NCBI GenBank assembly: GCA_023393815.1
Contig: JAEXBU010000016.1
Location: forward strand, 1-56,851
Origin: Bacillota bacterium
GTDB taxonomy: Bacteria; Bacillota; Clostridia; Tissierellales; Peptoniphilaceae
Direction: 5' to 3'
Length of the DNA: 56,851 nt
Below, in pieces: positions 28,101 to 36,601 of the stretch (position 1 is its first letter; each line of letters opens with the position of its first letter). Under the pieces are notes generated by a model, which was not told the origin of the DNA, did no database searches, and saw only the letters and a list, made by a program, of their open reading frames with translations. A program made the translations under genes and the position numbers.

Positions 28101-30100
28101 TAGGCCGCCGTAATTTTTTCGTCCACGCCCTCGTTGAAGTGTACCTCTAAGGCCGTGTTAAAGGTCGTGTGGCGACAGTGATCGGACCAATAGGTGTCCA
28201 GTATGGCCAGTTCCGTTTCGTTAATATCCCGGCCGATTTCTTTAAAGTGGGATTGAATAAAGGCAAAGTCTTCCAAGCTCATGGCGAGATCCATGGACTC
28301 GAAACGACGTTTCAATTCCTCTTCGTTCCAAGACGTAAAGCCTTCCACTACCTCGTTTTCCGGGTTCTTCTTCAGCTCTTTTCGAATGGTCGTAGGTACG
28401 CCGAAGAGGCTGCCGATTTTTTGATCCACAGGATTGACCAAGTGTTTCACGATCGCTGCGTAGGCGTCTTCGTCCACGTCGCCGATAAAATCATAGACCG
28501 TAGCGCACTTAGCCTCCAGGTGCGTATGACCGAAGAGCGCCGTTGCCGTGTCCAAAACGCCCGCTTGCCGTTGATCGTATTGCCCCGGTTGGTATTCCAC
28601 CACGAGGCCGTGATCCATCGCCCCTTGCAGCAGGAAGGCATCGTCTCCGCTGAAAACCACGTCGCTGGGCGCTTCAAAAAGCACTTCTTCCGTCAGGCGC
28701 TTCCCTTCCGATTCCGTCAAGCCTTCCAAGTCGTAGCGGGCGTAGATTTTCACGTCGTCTAAGTGAATGCCTAGTTCTTCGTTTAGCTGCGCGCAAAGAC
28801 TCTTGCCCCGGTTATCGAAACCGGGCTTTCTTCCCACATAGACCCGATGGATCATAGGGCCGATATCTCTGCGAATTTGTTTGTGTGCAAATTGAATTTT
28901 GTCCGCTCCGTCGTAAGCCGCTTGAATGGCTTCTTCGAAGGTATCTCCTGTCGCGGTGACGGTAAGCACCCGACCGCCGTTGGTAAGGAGCTTTCCCCCT
29001 TCCAATTTCGTTCCCGCATGGAACACGGTCACGCCCTTTAGGTCTTCGGGAATGAAAATTTCTACGCCTTTTTCAGAGGACTCCGGATAGCCTCCGCTGG
29101 CCAAGGTCAGCGAGACGACTTTTTTGTCGTTTTCTTTTACCCGCACTCGATCCAATTCTCCCTTGGACGTGGCGAGCATAATATCCAGAAGATCTCCGTC
29201 CAAACGTTCCAGTACCGATTGGGTTTCCGGATCGCCGAAACGACAATTGTATTCGAGAATTTGCGGGCCCGCATCGGTAATCATAATCCCCATAAAGATC
29301 AGGCCGCGAAAATCCATTCCGTCTTTTTTCAAACCGTCCATAAAGGGGCGTACCAATGTTTCGTCGATGGTATCCAAAAGGGGCAGGGCTTCCACATTGG
29401 GCGCGTAGCTTCCCATGCCTCCGGTGTTCGGCCCTCGCCCTCCTTCGTATATGGACTTGTGGTCCTTGGCCGTGGCCAGAGGAGCGATGGTCTTTCCGTC
29501 GCAGAAGGCGAGAAGACTCATTTCAAAGCCTTCTAAAAATTCTTCCACGACCACCCGGTCCGTGTGAAACCGATCCTTGTCGTAGACATCGGACAAGAAG
29601 GCTTCCACCTCGGCTTCGTGATAGGCGATGACTACGCCTTTTCCCGCAGCCAGGCCGTCGGCCTTTAAGACGGCTACGCCCTTGTCGGCCAATAAGTTCA
29701 CGGCCGCCTGACGTACCGTGGCGGGATCCGTGGACTCTACGTACGCCGCCGTGGGAATGTGGTGGCGAAGGCAAAATTCCTTCGTAAAGCGCTTGGAACC
29801 TTCCAACTGCGCCGCTTCTTTTCTCGGGCCGAAAATCGCAAGACCCGCATCTTCGAAGGCATCGGCAATGCCGGCAACTAAAGGCGCTTCGGGACCGACG
29901 ATGGTAAAGTCGATGCCCTCGTCTTTGGCGAAGGCGAGCAAGCCCGAAATATCGTCCGCTTCCACGGCGATGTTTTCGCCTACATCGCCCGTGCCCCCGT
30001 TGCCCGGCGCAAAGTATATCTTTTCTACGTCTTTATTTTTGGCGACGGCATGGCCGATTGCGTGCTCGCGACCGCCGCTACCGACAATTAGTACCTTCAC
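25157..30100 (-). CDS. purD-purL: Fused phosphoribosylamine-glycine ligase (PurD) + single-chain FGAM synthase (PurL with glutaminase domain)
   Basis: aa 1-415: GSGGREHA, KADGLAAGKGV, GPNTGGMG, RFGDPETQ, TNGGRVL; aa 416-1647: YWSDHCRH, KNETHNHPTE, DFGAGG, SESQERM, GGKDSMSG, GICNGFQ, MGHIER; no stop at the junction. Confidence 0.95.
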   Translation of the reverse strand: MKVLIVGSGGREHAIGHAVAKNKDVEKIYFAPGNGGTGDVGENIAVEADDISGLLAFAKDEGIDFTIVGPEAPLVAGIADAFEDAGLAIFGPRKEAAQLEGSKRFTKEFCLRHHIPTAAYVESTDPATVRQAAVNLLADKGVAVLKADGLAAGKGVVIAYHEAEVEAFLSDVYDKDRFHTDRVVVEEFLEGFEMSLLAFCDGKTIAPLATAKDHKSIYEGGRGPNTGGMGSYAPNVEALPLLDTIDETLVRPFMDGLKKDGMDFRGLIFMGIMITDAGPQILEYNCRFGDPETQSVLERLDGDLLDIMLATSKGELDRVRVKENDKKVVSLTLASGGYPESSEKGVEIFIPEDLKGVTVFHAGTKLEGGKLLTNGGRVLTVTATGDTFEEAIQAAYDGADKIQFAHKQIRRDIGPMIHRVYVGRKPGFDNRGKSLCAQLNEELGIHLDDVKIYARYDLEGLTESEGKRLTEEVLFEAPSDVVFSGDDAFLLQGAMDHGLVVEYQPGQYDQRQAGVLDTATALFGHTHLEAKCATVYDFIGDVDEDAYAAIVKHLVNPVDQKIGSLFGVPTTIRKELKKNPENEVVEGFTSWNEEELKRRFESMDLAMSLEDFAFIQSHFKEIGRDINETELAILDTYWSDHCRHTTFNTALEVHFNEGVDEKITAAYERYVKTREEIRRKKPVSLMDLGTIVAKVLKAEGVKTNVEESEEINACSIRVDVVAEDLQTGKEETIPYLLMFKNETHNHPTEIEPYGGASTCLGGCIRDPLSGRAYVYQALRLTGSGDPTMPMEDTWESKLPQKKITTEAANGYASYGNQIGIPAGLVEELYHDGYMAKRMEVGAVVGAVAEANVWRGEPKPGDSILLLGGRTGRDGIGGATGSSKKHTANSLATAGAEVQKGNAPQERKLLRLFRRPEIASRIKRCNDFGAGGVSVAIGELAPGIRVQLDKVPLKYAGLKPKEIAISESQERMAVVIEKEDLPLFEKMSREENLEMTVVAEVTEEAAMRMYYEDTLIVDLDRAFIETAGVDRSQKVVVEKDPICHYLNRYDGYTAEDIVKRMGDLNVVSQKNLIEKFDNSVGRGTVLMPLGGKDQWTPTQAMAGLIPVEGKKSQTASVMSYGSNPEFLAENQYLGAYYAVVESVAKLVATGARIEDMYFTFQEYFEKLGEDEARWQKPLKALLGAFDACMDLQIPPIGGKDSMSGTFRDKDVPPTLVSFAVAPMAAKEVVSNVFTAAGNPLGILKAKRTEDGKIDLDDFQASAKTLKREMDAGNILSAAAVTHKGTLPGLIISALGNDLGFDVKLEDLYNARYGDIVVEYKEDFDGVTAIGKLTSAGYVVNGEALDDEAIKKAYTTGLDKVFPPEIHDQKETPGDVQAGDSRIQDMGEKNRCRVLIACFPGTNSEYDTKDVFTKAGAEAEVFVFKNQTAQETVDSISQLAEKIREADIFAIPGGFSFSDEPDGSAKFIANILRTDRVKDAMHHLVKEKKGLVLGICNGFQALIKSGYLPYGEARVQQDDSPTLTFNDNGRHVARMVTTKVMTNDAPWLMYLRPGDLYRVPVSHGEGRLVVSKEQAKALAENHQVAFTYVDNPNGSAFNIEGLISPDGHILGKMGHIERVEDNLYKNIPDVHVMPLIQAGVDYILGKKRK

Positions 30101-30109
30101 AATACCTCC

Positions 30110-31636
30110 TTAGTGTTTAAAGTGACGGGTGCCCGTAAATACCATTGACAGGCCCTTTTCGTTACATGCTTTGATGGAATCGTCATCGCGGATGGATCCG
30201 CCCGGTTGAATAATGGCGCTTACGCCCTTTTCCGCCGCCGCCTTGACACAGTCGTCGAAGGGGAAGAAGGCGTCGCTCGCCATCACTGTGCCGGTGAAAT
30301 CCCGATCCGGATTGTGATTGAATATATTTTCAAGAGCCCAAATGCGGCTGGTTTCTCCGCCGCCAACCCCCAAAGTCATGCCGTCTTTAATGAGAACGAC
30401 GGCGTTGGAACGCACGTACTTCACAACCTTCATGCCGAAGAGAAGATCTCGCTTTTCTTCTTCCGTAGGTGCCTTGTCCGTAACGACCTTGTAGCCTTCT
30501 TCGGCGTCCAGATCCGTGTCTTGTACCAAGACCTTGCCGCTGGCGAAGCGCATTTCTTTTTTCATGGCCCCGGCTTCGTAGTCCACTTGAATTACCCGCA
30601 GGTTTTGCTTTTGTTTAAAGACTTCCAACGCGTCGTCGGTAAAATCTTTTGCCGCAACCACTTCCAGGAAGATTTTTACCATTTCTTCGGCGCAGGCCTT
30701 GTCCACCGTCGTGTTTAATGCCACGATGCCGCCGAAAATAGACAAACTGTCCGCTTCAAACATTTTCTTGTAGGCCTCTAAAGCCGAATTACCCAAGGCG
30801 ACGCCGCAGGGCGTGGCGTGCTTTAAGCCCACGCAGATAATTCCGTCTTCGGCTTCGTCGAATTCTCCGGCAAGACTTACCGCCGTGTTGAAGTCGTTGT
30901 AGTTGTTGTAAGACAATTCCTTTCCTTGGAACTGTTTCAGGTGGCTGAAATAGCTGTTTACCATGGGATCGGAATAGACCGCGGCCTTTTGGTGGGGATT
31001 TTCCCCGTAGCGAAGATCTGCATCTTTCTTAAATCCCAAGGTTAAGAGGTCGTCCTCTTCTTTGGTGATTTCCTTAAAGTAACGGGCAATCATGGAATCG
31101 TAGTACGCGGTTTTACTGAATGCCTTCATGGCGAGCTTGCGCCGAAAAGCCAAGTCGTCTTCGCCTTTTTTCAAGACCTCCAAGACGTCGTCGTAATCCG
31201 ACGGATCGGTAACCACCAACACGTCCTTGTGGTTCTTTGCCGCCGAGCGCACCATCGAGGGGCCGCCGATGTCGATGTTTTCGATCATATCTTCTACGGA
31301 TTTCTTTTGTTTGTAGCTTTCTTCAAAAGCGTAGAGATTGACGCACACCAAGTCGATGGCACCGATGCCGTGTTCTTTTACCGTATCCACGTGGCTCTTT
31401 TTGTCCCGCTTGTATAAAATGCCGCCGTGTACTTTCGGGTGCAGCGTCTTCACGCGGCCATCGAGCATTTCGGGAAAACCCGTGTAGGCGTCAATAGGCG
31501 TAACTTCCACGCCGCCGTCGGCGATGGTCTTCAATGTACCGCCGGTAGACAACAGGGTAAAGCCCAAGTCTGCCAAGCCTTTGGCAAAAGGTACGATGTT
31601 CGTTTTGTCCGTGACGGACAACAGTGCGTATTTCAT
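30110..31636 (-). CDS. purH: Bifunctional AICAR transformylase/IMP cyclohydrolase
   Basis: GRVKTLHP, IDIGGPSMVRSAAKN, LRYGENPHQ, ASDAFFPF, RHFKH. Confidence 0.98.
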   Translation of the reverse strand: MKYALLSVTDKTNIVPFAKGLADLGFTLLSTGGTLKTIADGGVEVTPIDAYTGFPEMLDGRVKTLHPKVHGGILYKRDKKSHVDTVKEHGIGAIDLVCVNLYAFEESYKQKKSVEDMIENIDIGGPSMVRSAAKNHKDVLVVTDPSDYDDVLEVLKKGEDDLAFRRKLAMKAFSKTAYYDSMIARYFKEITKEEDDLLTLGFKKDADLRYGENPHQKAAVYSDPMVNSYFSHLKQFQGKELSYNNYNDFNTAVSLAGEFDEAEDGIICVGLKHATPCGVALGNSALEAYKKMFEADSLSIFGGIVALNTTVDKACAEEMVKIFLEVVAAKDFTDDALEVFKQKQNLRVIQVDYEAGAMKKEMRFASGKVLVQDTDLDAEEGYKVVTDKAPTEEEKRDLLFGMKVVKYVRSNAVVLIKDGMTLGVGGGETSRIWALENIFNHNPDRDFTGTVMASDAFFPFDDCVKAAAEKGVSAIIQPGGSIRDDDSIKACNEKGLSMVFTGTRHFKH

Positions 31637-32187
31637 AGTATGCCCTCCTCACAAAATCGAATGGCTGTTTTAAGTAATTGATGCTCCAAAACGAGCACCG
31701 TTTGTTGAATGGCTTCGGGAGATGTCAGTCGCCGTATATCCACAGAAGACTGGAGCAACGTGGCGCCGCCGTCTACGGTTTCCGTAACGTAGTGCACCGT
31801 GGCACCGCTTCTCTCCTCCCCGTGGGCAAAGACCGCTTCGTGGACGCGGATGCCGTACATTCCCTTGCCGCCGTACTTCGGCAGAAGGGCCGGATGGATG
31901 TTAATAATCCGCCCGGCGTAGCGACTGAGAAGGTCGCTGCCTAAAATTTTCAAATAGCCGGCGAGGACGATAAAATCGATTCCCTCCTCTTCCAAGCGAT
32001 TCAGCAAATCCCCTTCTCCTTCGACAAACGTCTCCTTGCCCGCTTCCTTCGCCCTGACCAAACCGTAAGCGTCACGACGGTTGGAGACGACCAGAGCGAT
32101 CGTTGACTTGAAAAATCCCTCGGCTTCGGCATCTAACAAAGACTGCAAATTGGTCCCGGAGCCGGAAATAAAGACGGCAATGTTCAT
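31633..32187 (-). CDS. purN: GAR transformylase
   Basis: SGSGTNLQ, LAGYLKIL, INIHPALLP, GATVHYV. Confidence 0.97.
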   Translation of the reverse strand: MNIAVFISGSGTNLQSLLDAEAEGFFKSTIALVVSNRRDAYGLVRAKEAGKETFVEGEGDLLNRLEEEGIDFIVLAGYLKILGSDLLSRYAGRIINIHPALLPKYGGKGMYGIRVHEAVFAHGEERSGATVHYVTETVDGGATLLQSSVDIRRLTSPEAIQQTVLVLEHQLLKTAIRFCEEGIL

Positions 32188-33218
32188 TTCAGTACGGTCT
32201 TGCCTTCGCCCTTAGTAATCTCACCGATGACAAACGCCACTTCATCGGTCTTTTCGCGAAAATAGACGAGGGCTTTTTCGGCCTCTTCTTTGGCGACAAT
32301 CATCACCATGCCGATGCCCATATTAAAGGAACGATACAACTCTTCTTCTTCGATGGCGCCGGTATTTTCGATAAAGGTAAACAAATCGCCCTTATCCCAG
32401 CTGCCTTTTTCGATGGTGCAGTCTAGATCGTCAGAAAGGATGCGGGGAATGTTTTCTATAAAACCGCCCCCGGTGATGTTGGAGATACCCTTTACCTCCA
32501 CGACGTCCATCAAGCCCAAGACCGGCTTTACATACAGGCGCGTCGGGCGAAGGAGCGCCTCGCCTACGGTGCCCTCAATTCCTTCGACGGTGCTCGTAAT
32601 ATCGAGCTTCAAATGGTCGAAGAACAGCTTCCTCGCCAAGCTGTAGCCGTTGGAGTGCAGACCGTCGGATGCGAGGCCGATGACCGCGTCGCCTTCTTTT
32701 ACCTTGCTCCCGTCGATGATTTTCTCTTTGTCGCAAAGTCCGACGGCAAAGCCCGCCAAGTCGTACTCGTCTTCTCCGTACATTCCCGGCATTTCCGCCG
32801 TTTCCCCGCCGATCAAAGCGCAGCCCGACCGACGGCATCCTTCGGCCACCCCTTCTACGATCTTTTGCATTTTTTCCGCGGACACGTGCCCCGTGGCCAC
32901 GTAATCTAAAAAGAACAGAGGCCTCGCGCCTTGGCAAATCAAATCGTTCACGCTCATGGCCACGAGATCGATCCCCACCGTGTCGTGCACATCCATCATC
33001 TGTGCCACCATAAGCTTCGTGCCCACGCCGTCCGTGGCACCCAAAAGCACCGGATGGCTCATGTCCTTCGCGTCGGCAAGATCGTAGCCGCCGCTAAAAA
33101 GACCGATGTCTCCCAAAACCTTCTCGTCGTAGGTGGACGCGACGGCTTTTTTCATTAACTCGACGGCGCGATTGCCTTCGGCAATGTCGACGCCGGCATC
33201 CTTGTAAGATAATGCCAT
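32184..33218 (-). CDS. purM: AIR synthase
   Basis: YKDAGVD, TDGVGTKL, GGETAEMPG, HSNGYSL, FNMGIGM. Confidence 0.98.
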   Translation of the reverse strand: MALSYKDAGVDIAEGNRAVELMKKAVASTYDEKVLGDIGLFSGGYDLADAKDMSHPVLLGATDGVGTKLMVAQMMDVHDTVGIDLVAMSVNDLICQGARPLFFLDYVATGHVSAEKMQKIVEGVAEGCRRSGCALIGGETAEMPGMYGEDEYDLAGFAVGLCDKEKIIDGSKVKEGDAVIGLASDGLHSNGYSLARKLFFDHLKLDITSTVEGIEGTVGEALLRPTRLYVKPVLGLMDVVEVKGISNITGGGFIENIPRILSDDLDCTIEKGSWDKGDLFTFIENTGAIEEEELYRSFNMGIGMVMIVAKEEAEKALVYFREKTDEVAFVIGEITKGEGKTVLK

Positions 33219-33226
33219 AATGCCTC

Positions 33227-34573
33227 CTAAATCACTGTCGGATCTACGGGATACTCCCCGTTAAAGCAAGCGATACAATAGTTGTCTATGTCTTTCTTTC
33301 CGGCTCGCGCCAAACCTTCCAAAGAAATAAAGGCCAAAGAGTCGGCACCGATGTTTTCCTCGATTTCCTTAATGCTTTGATTGGCGGCAATTAAGTGCTT
33401 GCGGTTCGGCGTGTCGATCCCGTAGTAGCAGGAATACTTTACCGGCGGCGAAGTAATGCGCATATGCACTTCTTTGGCTCCGGCATCTCTTAATCGATGG
33501 ATTAAGTTGCGGCTCGTGGTGCCCCGCACGATGGAGTCGTCCAAGAGGACGATGGATTTTCCCTTCACCACGTCCACCAAGGGGTTTAACTTCAGTTTTA
33601 CCGCCATATCCCGTTCCTTTTGGGTGGGCTTAATAAAGGTACGCCCCATGTAGCGGTTCTTTACCAAACCTTCACCGTAGGGGATGTGAGCCGCTTGCGA
33701 ATAGCCGATAGCCGATGGGATCCCGCTGTCCGGAACGGGCACAACCAAGTCTACATTGCACGGCGCTTCCTCCCAAAGAATTTCCCCACAGCGGCGGCGG
33801 AAATTGTAGGCGTTCACATTGTCCAGTGTCGCGTCGTTCCGCGCAAAATAGACGTATTCAAAAATACAGTTTTTCGGCGTATCTTCCGATTCGTAGCGAT
33901 CGGAATGAATACCCGTCTCGTCGATCACGAGAATTTCGCCGGCTTCGATGTCCCGCGTCATGTTTCCGCCGATAATTTCTACAGCCGCGTTTTCACTGGC
34001 GACGATCACGTCGTCCCCGTCTCTTCCCAACACCAAGGGGCGGAACCCATGGGGATCGCGGAAGGCCACGACTTTGCCCTTCACCAGCGCCGTCACCGAG
34101 TAAGCCCCCTTGATTACGCCCATGGTCTTTTTAATCGCCTCGACGATGTCCCCGTCGTAGTAGCGCGTGATTAAGTACAGGATTACTTCCGTGTCGTTGG
34201 TCGTTTGGAACATCATCCCCTCTTCTTCCAGACGTTCCCGAAGCACTTGGTAATTTACCAAGTTGCCGTCGTTGGCGATGGCGATGGTTTCCCCGCCGAT
34301 AAAACCCATAATCGGCTGAATATTATAGTCGTGGGATCCTTCCGCCGTGGAATAGCGCACGTGACCGATGCCGATGTTTCCGGAAAGTTCCCGTAAGCTT
34401 TCTTCCGTGTAGGCGTCAATCACCAAGCCCATGGACCGCTTTCTTAGAATTTCTTCCCCGTTGTAAATGGCCATCCCCGTAGCTTCCTGTCCCCGGTGCT
34501 GCAGCGAATTCATGCCGTAAAACAGGCTGGTTGCGACTTTCGACTTGCTATAAATTCCAATAACTCCACACAT
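33227..34573 (-). CDS. purF: Amidophosphoribosyltransferase
   Basis: N-terminal MCG, LQHRGQE, GHVRYST, CIFEYVYFAR, DDSIVRGTT, CIACF. Confidence 0.98.
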   Translation of the reverse strand: MCGVIGIYSKSKVATSLFYGMNSLQHRGQEATGMAIYNGEEILRKRSMGLVIDAYTEESLRELSGNIGIGHVRYSTAEGSHDYNIQPIMGFIGGETIAIANDGNLVNYQVLRERLEEEGMMFQTTNDTEVILYLITRYYDGDIVEAIKKTMGVIKGAYSVTALVKGKVVAFRDPHGFRPLVLGRDGDDVIVASENAAVEIIGGNMTRDIEAGEILVIDETGIHSDRYESEDTPKNCIFEYVYFARNDATLDNVNAYNFRRRCGEILWEEAPCNVDLVVPVPDSGIPSAIGYSQAAHIPYGEGLVKNRYMGRTFIKPTQKERDMAVKLKLNPLVDVVKGKSIVLLDDSIVRGTTSRNLIHRLRDAGAKEVHMRITSPPVKYSCYYGIDTPNRKHLIAANQSIKEIEENIGADSLAFISLEGLARAGKKDIDNYCIACFNGEYPVDPTVI

Positions 34574-34699
34574 TGTTTGTGTTTAATCCTTTCTTTTCCT
34601 CACGTCAATTCGTTCTCGGTGCCCATACTGTCAATCTGTAAAAGGATACTTTTTCTTGGCTTCGACCGGCAAAGCCTTGCGCAAAACCTCCTAAACACT

Positions 34700-34730
34700 A
34701 AAAAAGGAGATACGGATTCCGTATCTCCTT
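34700..34730 (-). terminator. Strong intrinsic terminator upstream of purF
   Basis: AAGGAGATACGG-AAT-CCGTATCTCCTT-TTTT on the minus strand. Confidence 0.85.
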
Positions 34731-34839
34731 ATATGCCTACACTGAGGGCGCGGCTTGGCCACTTTTTAACGCAAGAGAAAACAAGCGTATCAAAAGCCAT
34801 GTGATGAAATTGCCCTTGAATAAGATAAAATCGCGTCAA
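34729..34839 (-). CDS. Candidate 36-aa leader peptide upstream of the pur operon
   Basis: TTG start 7 nt after a G7 SD-like run; MTRFYLIQGQFHHMAFDTLVFSCVKKWPSRALSVGI*; TAA overlaps the terminator 5' arm. Confidence 0.4.
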   Translation of the reverse strand: MTRFYLIQGQFHHMAFDTLVFSCVKKWPSRALSVGI

Positions 34840-34979
34840 TCCAACGCCCCCCCTTTGTCGTGCTTATTGTACCATATTTTTTTAGACGGAACAATCCACC
34901 GAAAAAATCCGACTTGTCATCGACACCTTCCCGTGAAATAATAAGAATACTTCGTTACGTTTTTTTAAAAGGAGGCACT

Positions 34980-35810
34980 ATGCTTGGCATCATCGACGTA
35001 GGCGGCGGTATGCGCGACGTATTCGGCGCCGGGGTCATGGACTACTGCTTAGATCACAACATTCAATTCGACTACTGTTTGGGCGTCTCCGCCGGCGCGA
35101 GCAACCTGATCGGCTATGCGGCCAACCAACGCGGACGATCTAAAACCTTCTACACCGACTACGCCTTTCGCAAAGAATACATGGGCGTGGAACACTACAG
35201 ACAAACCGGCGACTTCGTCAACTTAGACTACATCTACCATACCTTGTCCAAAGACGATGGCGAATACCCCCTGGACTACGACGCCTTCTGCCGATCGGCT
35301 ATTCGCTACACCGTCGTCGCCACAGACGCCGCCACGGGAAAACCCGTCTACTTTACCGAGGCGGATCTATCCCGGAACCACTACGAACCCCTGGCGGCCA
35401 GCGCTTCTTTGCCCGTGGTAAATCGCCCCTTTCCCTTTCGGGGAAAGGCCTATGCGGACGGCGGCATTTCCGATCCCATCCCCGTGCAAAAAGCCGTATC
35501 CGACGGCGTCACCCGATGCGTCGTCATCCTTACACGGCCCAAAGACTTTTTCAGAAAACCGCGCAAAGACTTTTACTTCGCCTTTCGCCTTCGCCGCCAC
35601 TACCCGAAACTGGCTCGCGCCATGATGCACCGCGCCAAAGTCTACAATCGACAACTGGAACAAATTTTGCACGCCGACAAAAAAAGCTGCCTCGTCATCG
35701 CCCCGGAATCCATCCTGCATATGAAAACTCTAAAGTTGGACAGAGAAAAAATGAACACCCTCTACGACAAAGGCTACGAACAAGGCGCGGAAATCGCCCG
35801 CTGGCTCTAG
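34980..35810 (+). CDS. Patatin-like phospholipase (YjjU/DUF6363 type)
   Basis: GGGMR, GVSAG nucleophile motif, DGG; AGGAGG RBS before ATG 34980. Confidence 0.92.
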   Translation: MLGIIDVGGGMRDVFGAGVMDYCLDHNIQFDYCLGVSAGASNLIGYAANQRGRSKTFYTDYAFRKEYMGVEHYRQTGDFVNLDYIYHTLSKDDGEYPLDYDAFCRSAIRYTVVATDAATGKPVYFTEADLSRNHYEPLAASASLPVVNRPFPFRGKAYADGGISDPIPVQKAVSDGVTRCVVILTRPKDFFRKPRKDFYFAFRLRRHYPKLARAMMHRAKVYNRQLEQILHADKKSCLVIAPESILHMKTLKLDREKMNTLYDKGYEQGAEIARWL

Positions 35811-35869
35811 AAGCGTGCTTTTTTAGGAAAGTATATTCCGCAAAATACGAAAAAACCCTTCCCACATAG

Positions 35870-36561
35870 TGCACTGACCCCCAAAAAGTTGGACCGAGAA
35901 ATCCAACCTTTGGGGGTCTTTTAATGGCAAAATACAGTTATGAACTGAAGAGGAAAATTGTCGAGGAATATTTATCCGGGAAGTCAAGTTCCCGTGACTT
36001 GGCAATGAAATACCAGATTGAAAAATCTGTTCTTAGACTATGGGTGAATAATTACAGACATTTTGGCGATGAAGGGTTCATGCACTCTAGAAATAATCGC
36101 GAGTACAGTCTAGAGTTTAAGTTAGAAGCCATTACACGTTACGAAACGAGCGAATGCAGCTATAGGCAACTTGCCCTTGCACTCGGTCTAACGAATCATT
36201 CCATGATCGCCAATTGGCGGAGACAGTACCGAGAGAAGGATCTTGAAGGGCTGCTCCCACATAAGCGAGGAAGACCTGTGACGAAGAAAGACGACCGCAA
36301 TCAAGCATCGAAGTCTCTAACAAAGAAGGTGCCCCTTGATGTACCCACACGGGAGGCATCGGAAAACCGCATCAAAGAATTCGAAGCGGAAAACCGGAAA
36401 CTCACCATTCTAAAGATGTTCTGGGAACAGTTGAGGAGTTTGAAGAGGGAAGAAGCAATACCGTGAACAGATGCAATCCGCGTAGAACGAACGTTATATA
36501 AAACAAAATCGAGCAAGCGAAATGCTTACTCGATTAAGTCCAACTTTATGGGGTCACTCTA
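35870..36561 (+). mobile_element. Internally deleted IS3-family (IS150-like) element, 692 bp
   Basis: Imperfect terminal IRs TGCACTGACCCCCAAAAAGTTGGAC / rc TAGAGTGACCCCATAAAGTTGGAC; 3-bp TAG direct repeat at 35867-69 and 36562-64; orfA present, DDE orfB absent. Confidence 0.88.
35924..36466 (+). CDS. IS3-family transposase OrfA (HTH repeats)
   Basis: MAKYSYELKRKIVEEYLSG, YSLEFKLEAI, NWRRQY, KRGRP, coiled-coil tail. Confidence 0.88.
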   Translation: MAKYSYELKRKIVEEYLSGKSSSRDLAMKYQIEKSVLRLWVNNYRHFGDEGFMHSRNNREYSLEFKLEAITRYETSECSYRQLALALGLTNHSMIANWRRQYREKDLEGLLPHKRGRPVTKKDDRNQASKSLTKKVPLDVPTREASENRIKEFEAENRKLTILKMFWEQLRSLKREEAIP

Positions 36562-36601
36562 TAGCGGAAGGATTTTTTGTTTGTAGCAATAGGCCGTCGG
36601 C

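Noticed and set aside
34631..34684. 17-codon ORF MRKALPVEAKKKYPFTD after an AGGAGG between the terminator and purF
   Set aside because: SD-to-TTG spacing of only about 2 nt and no similarity to PurE/PurC; cannot be supported as a gene or remnant
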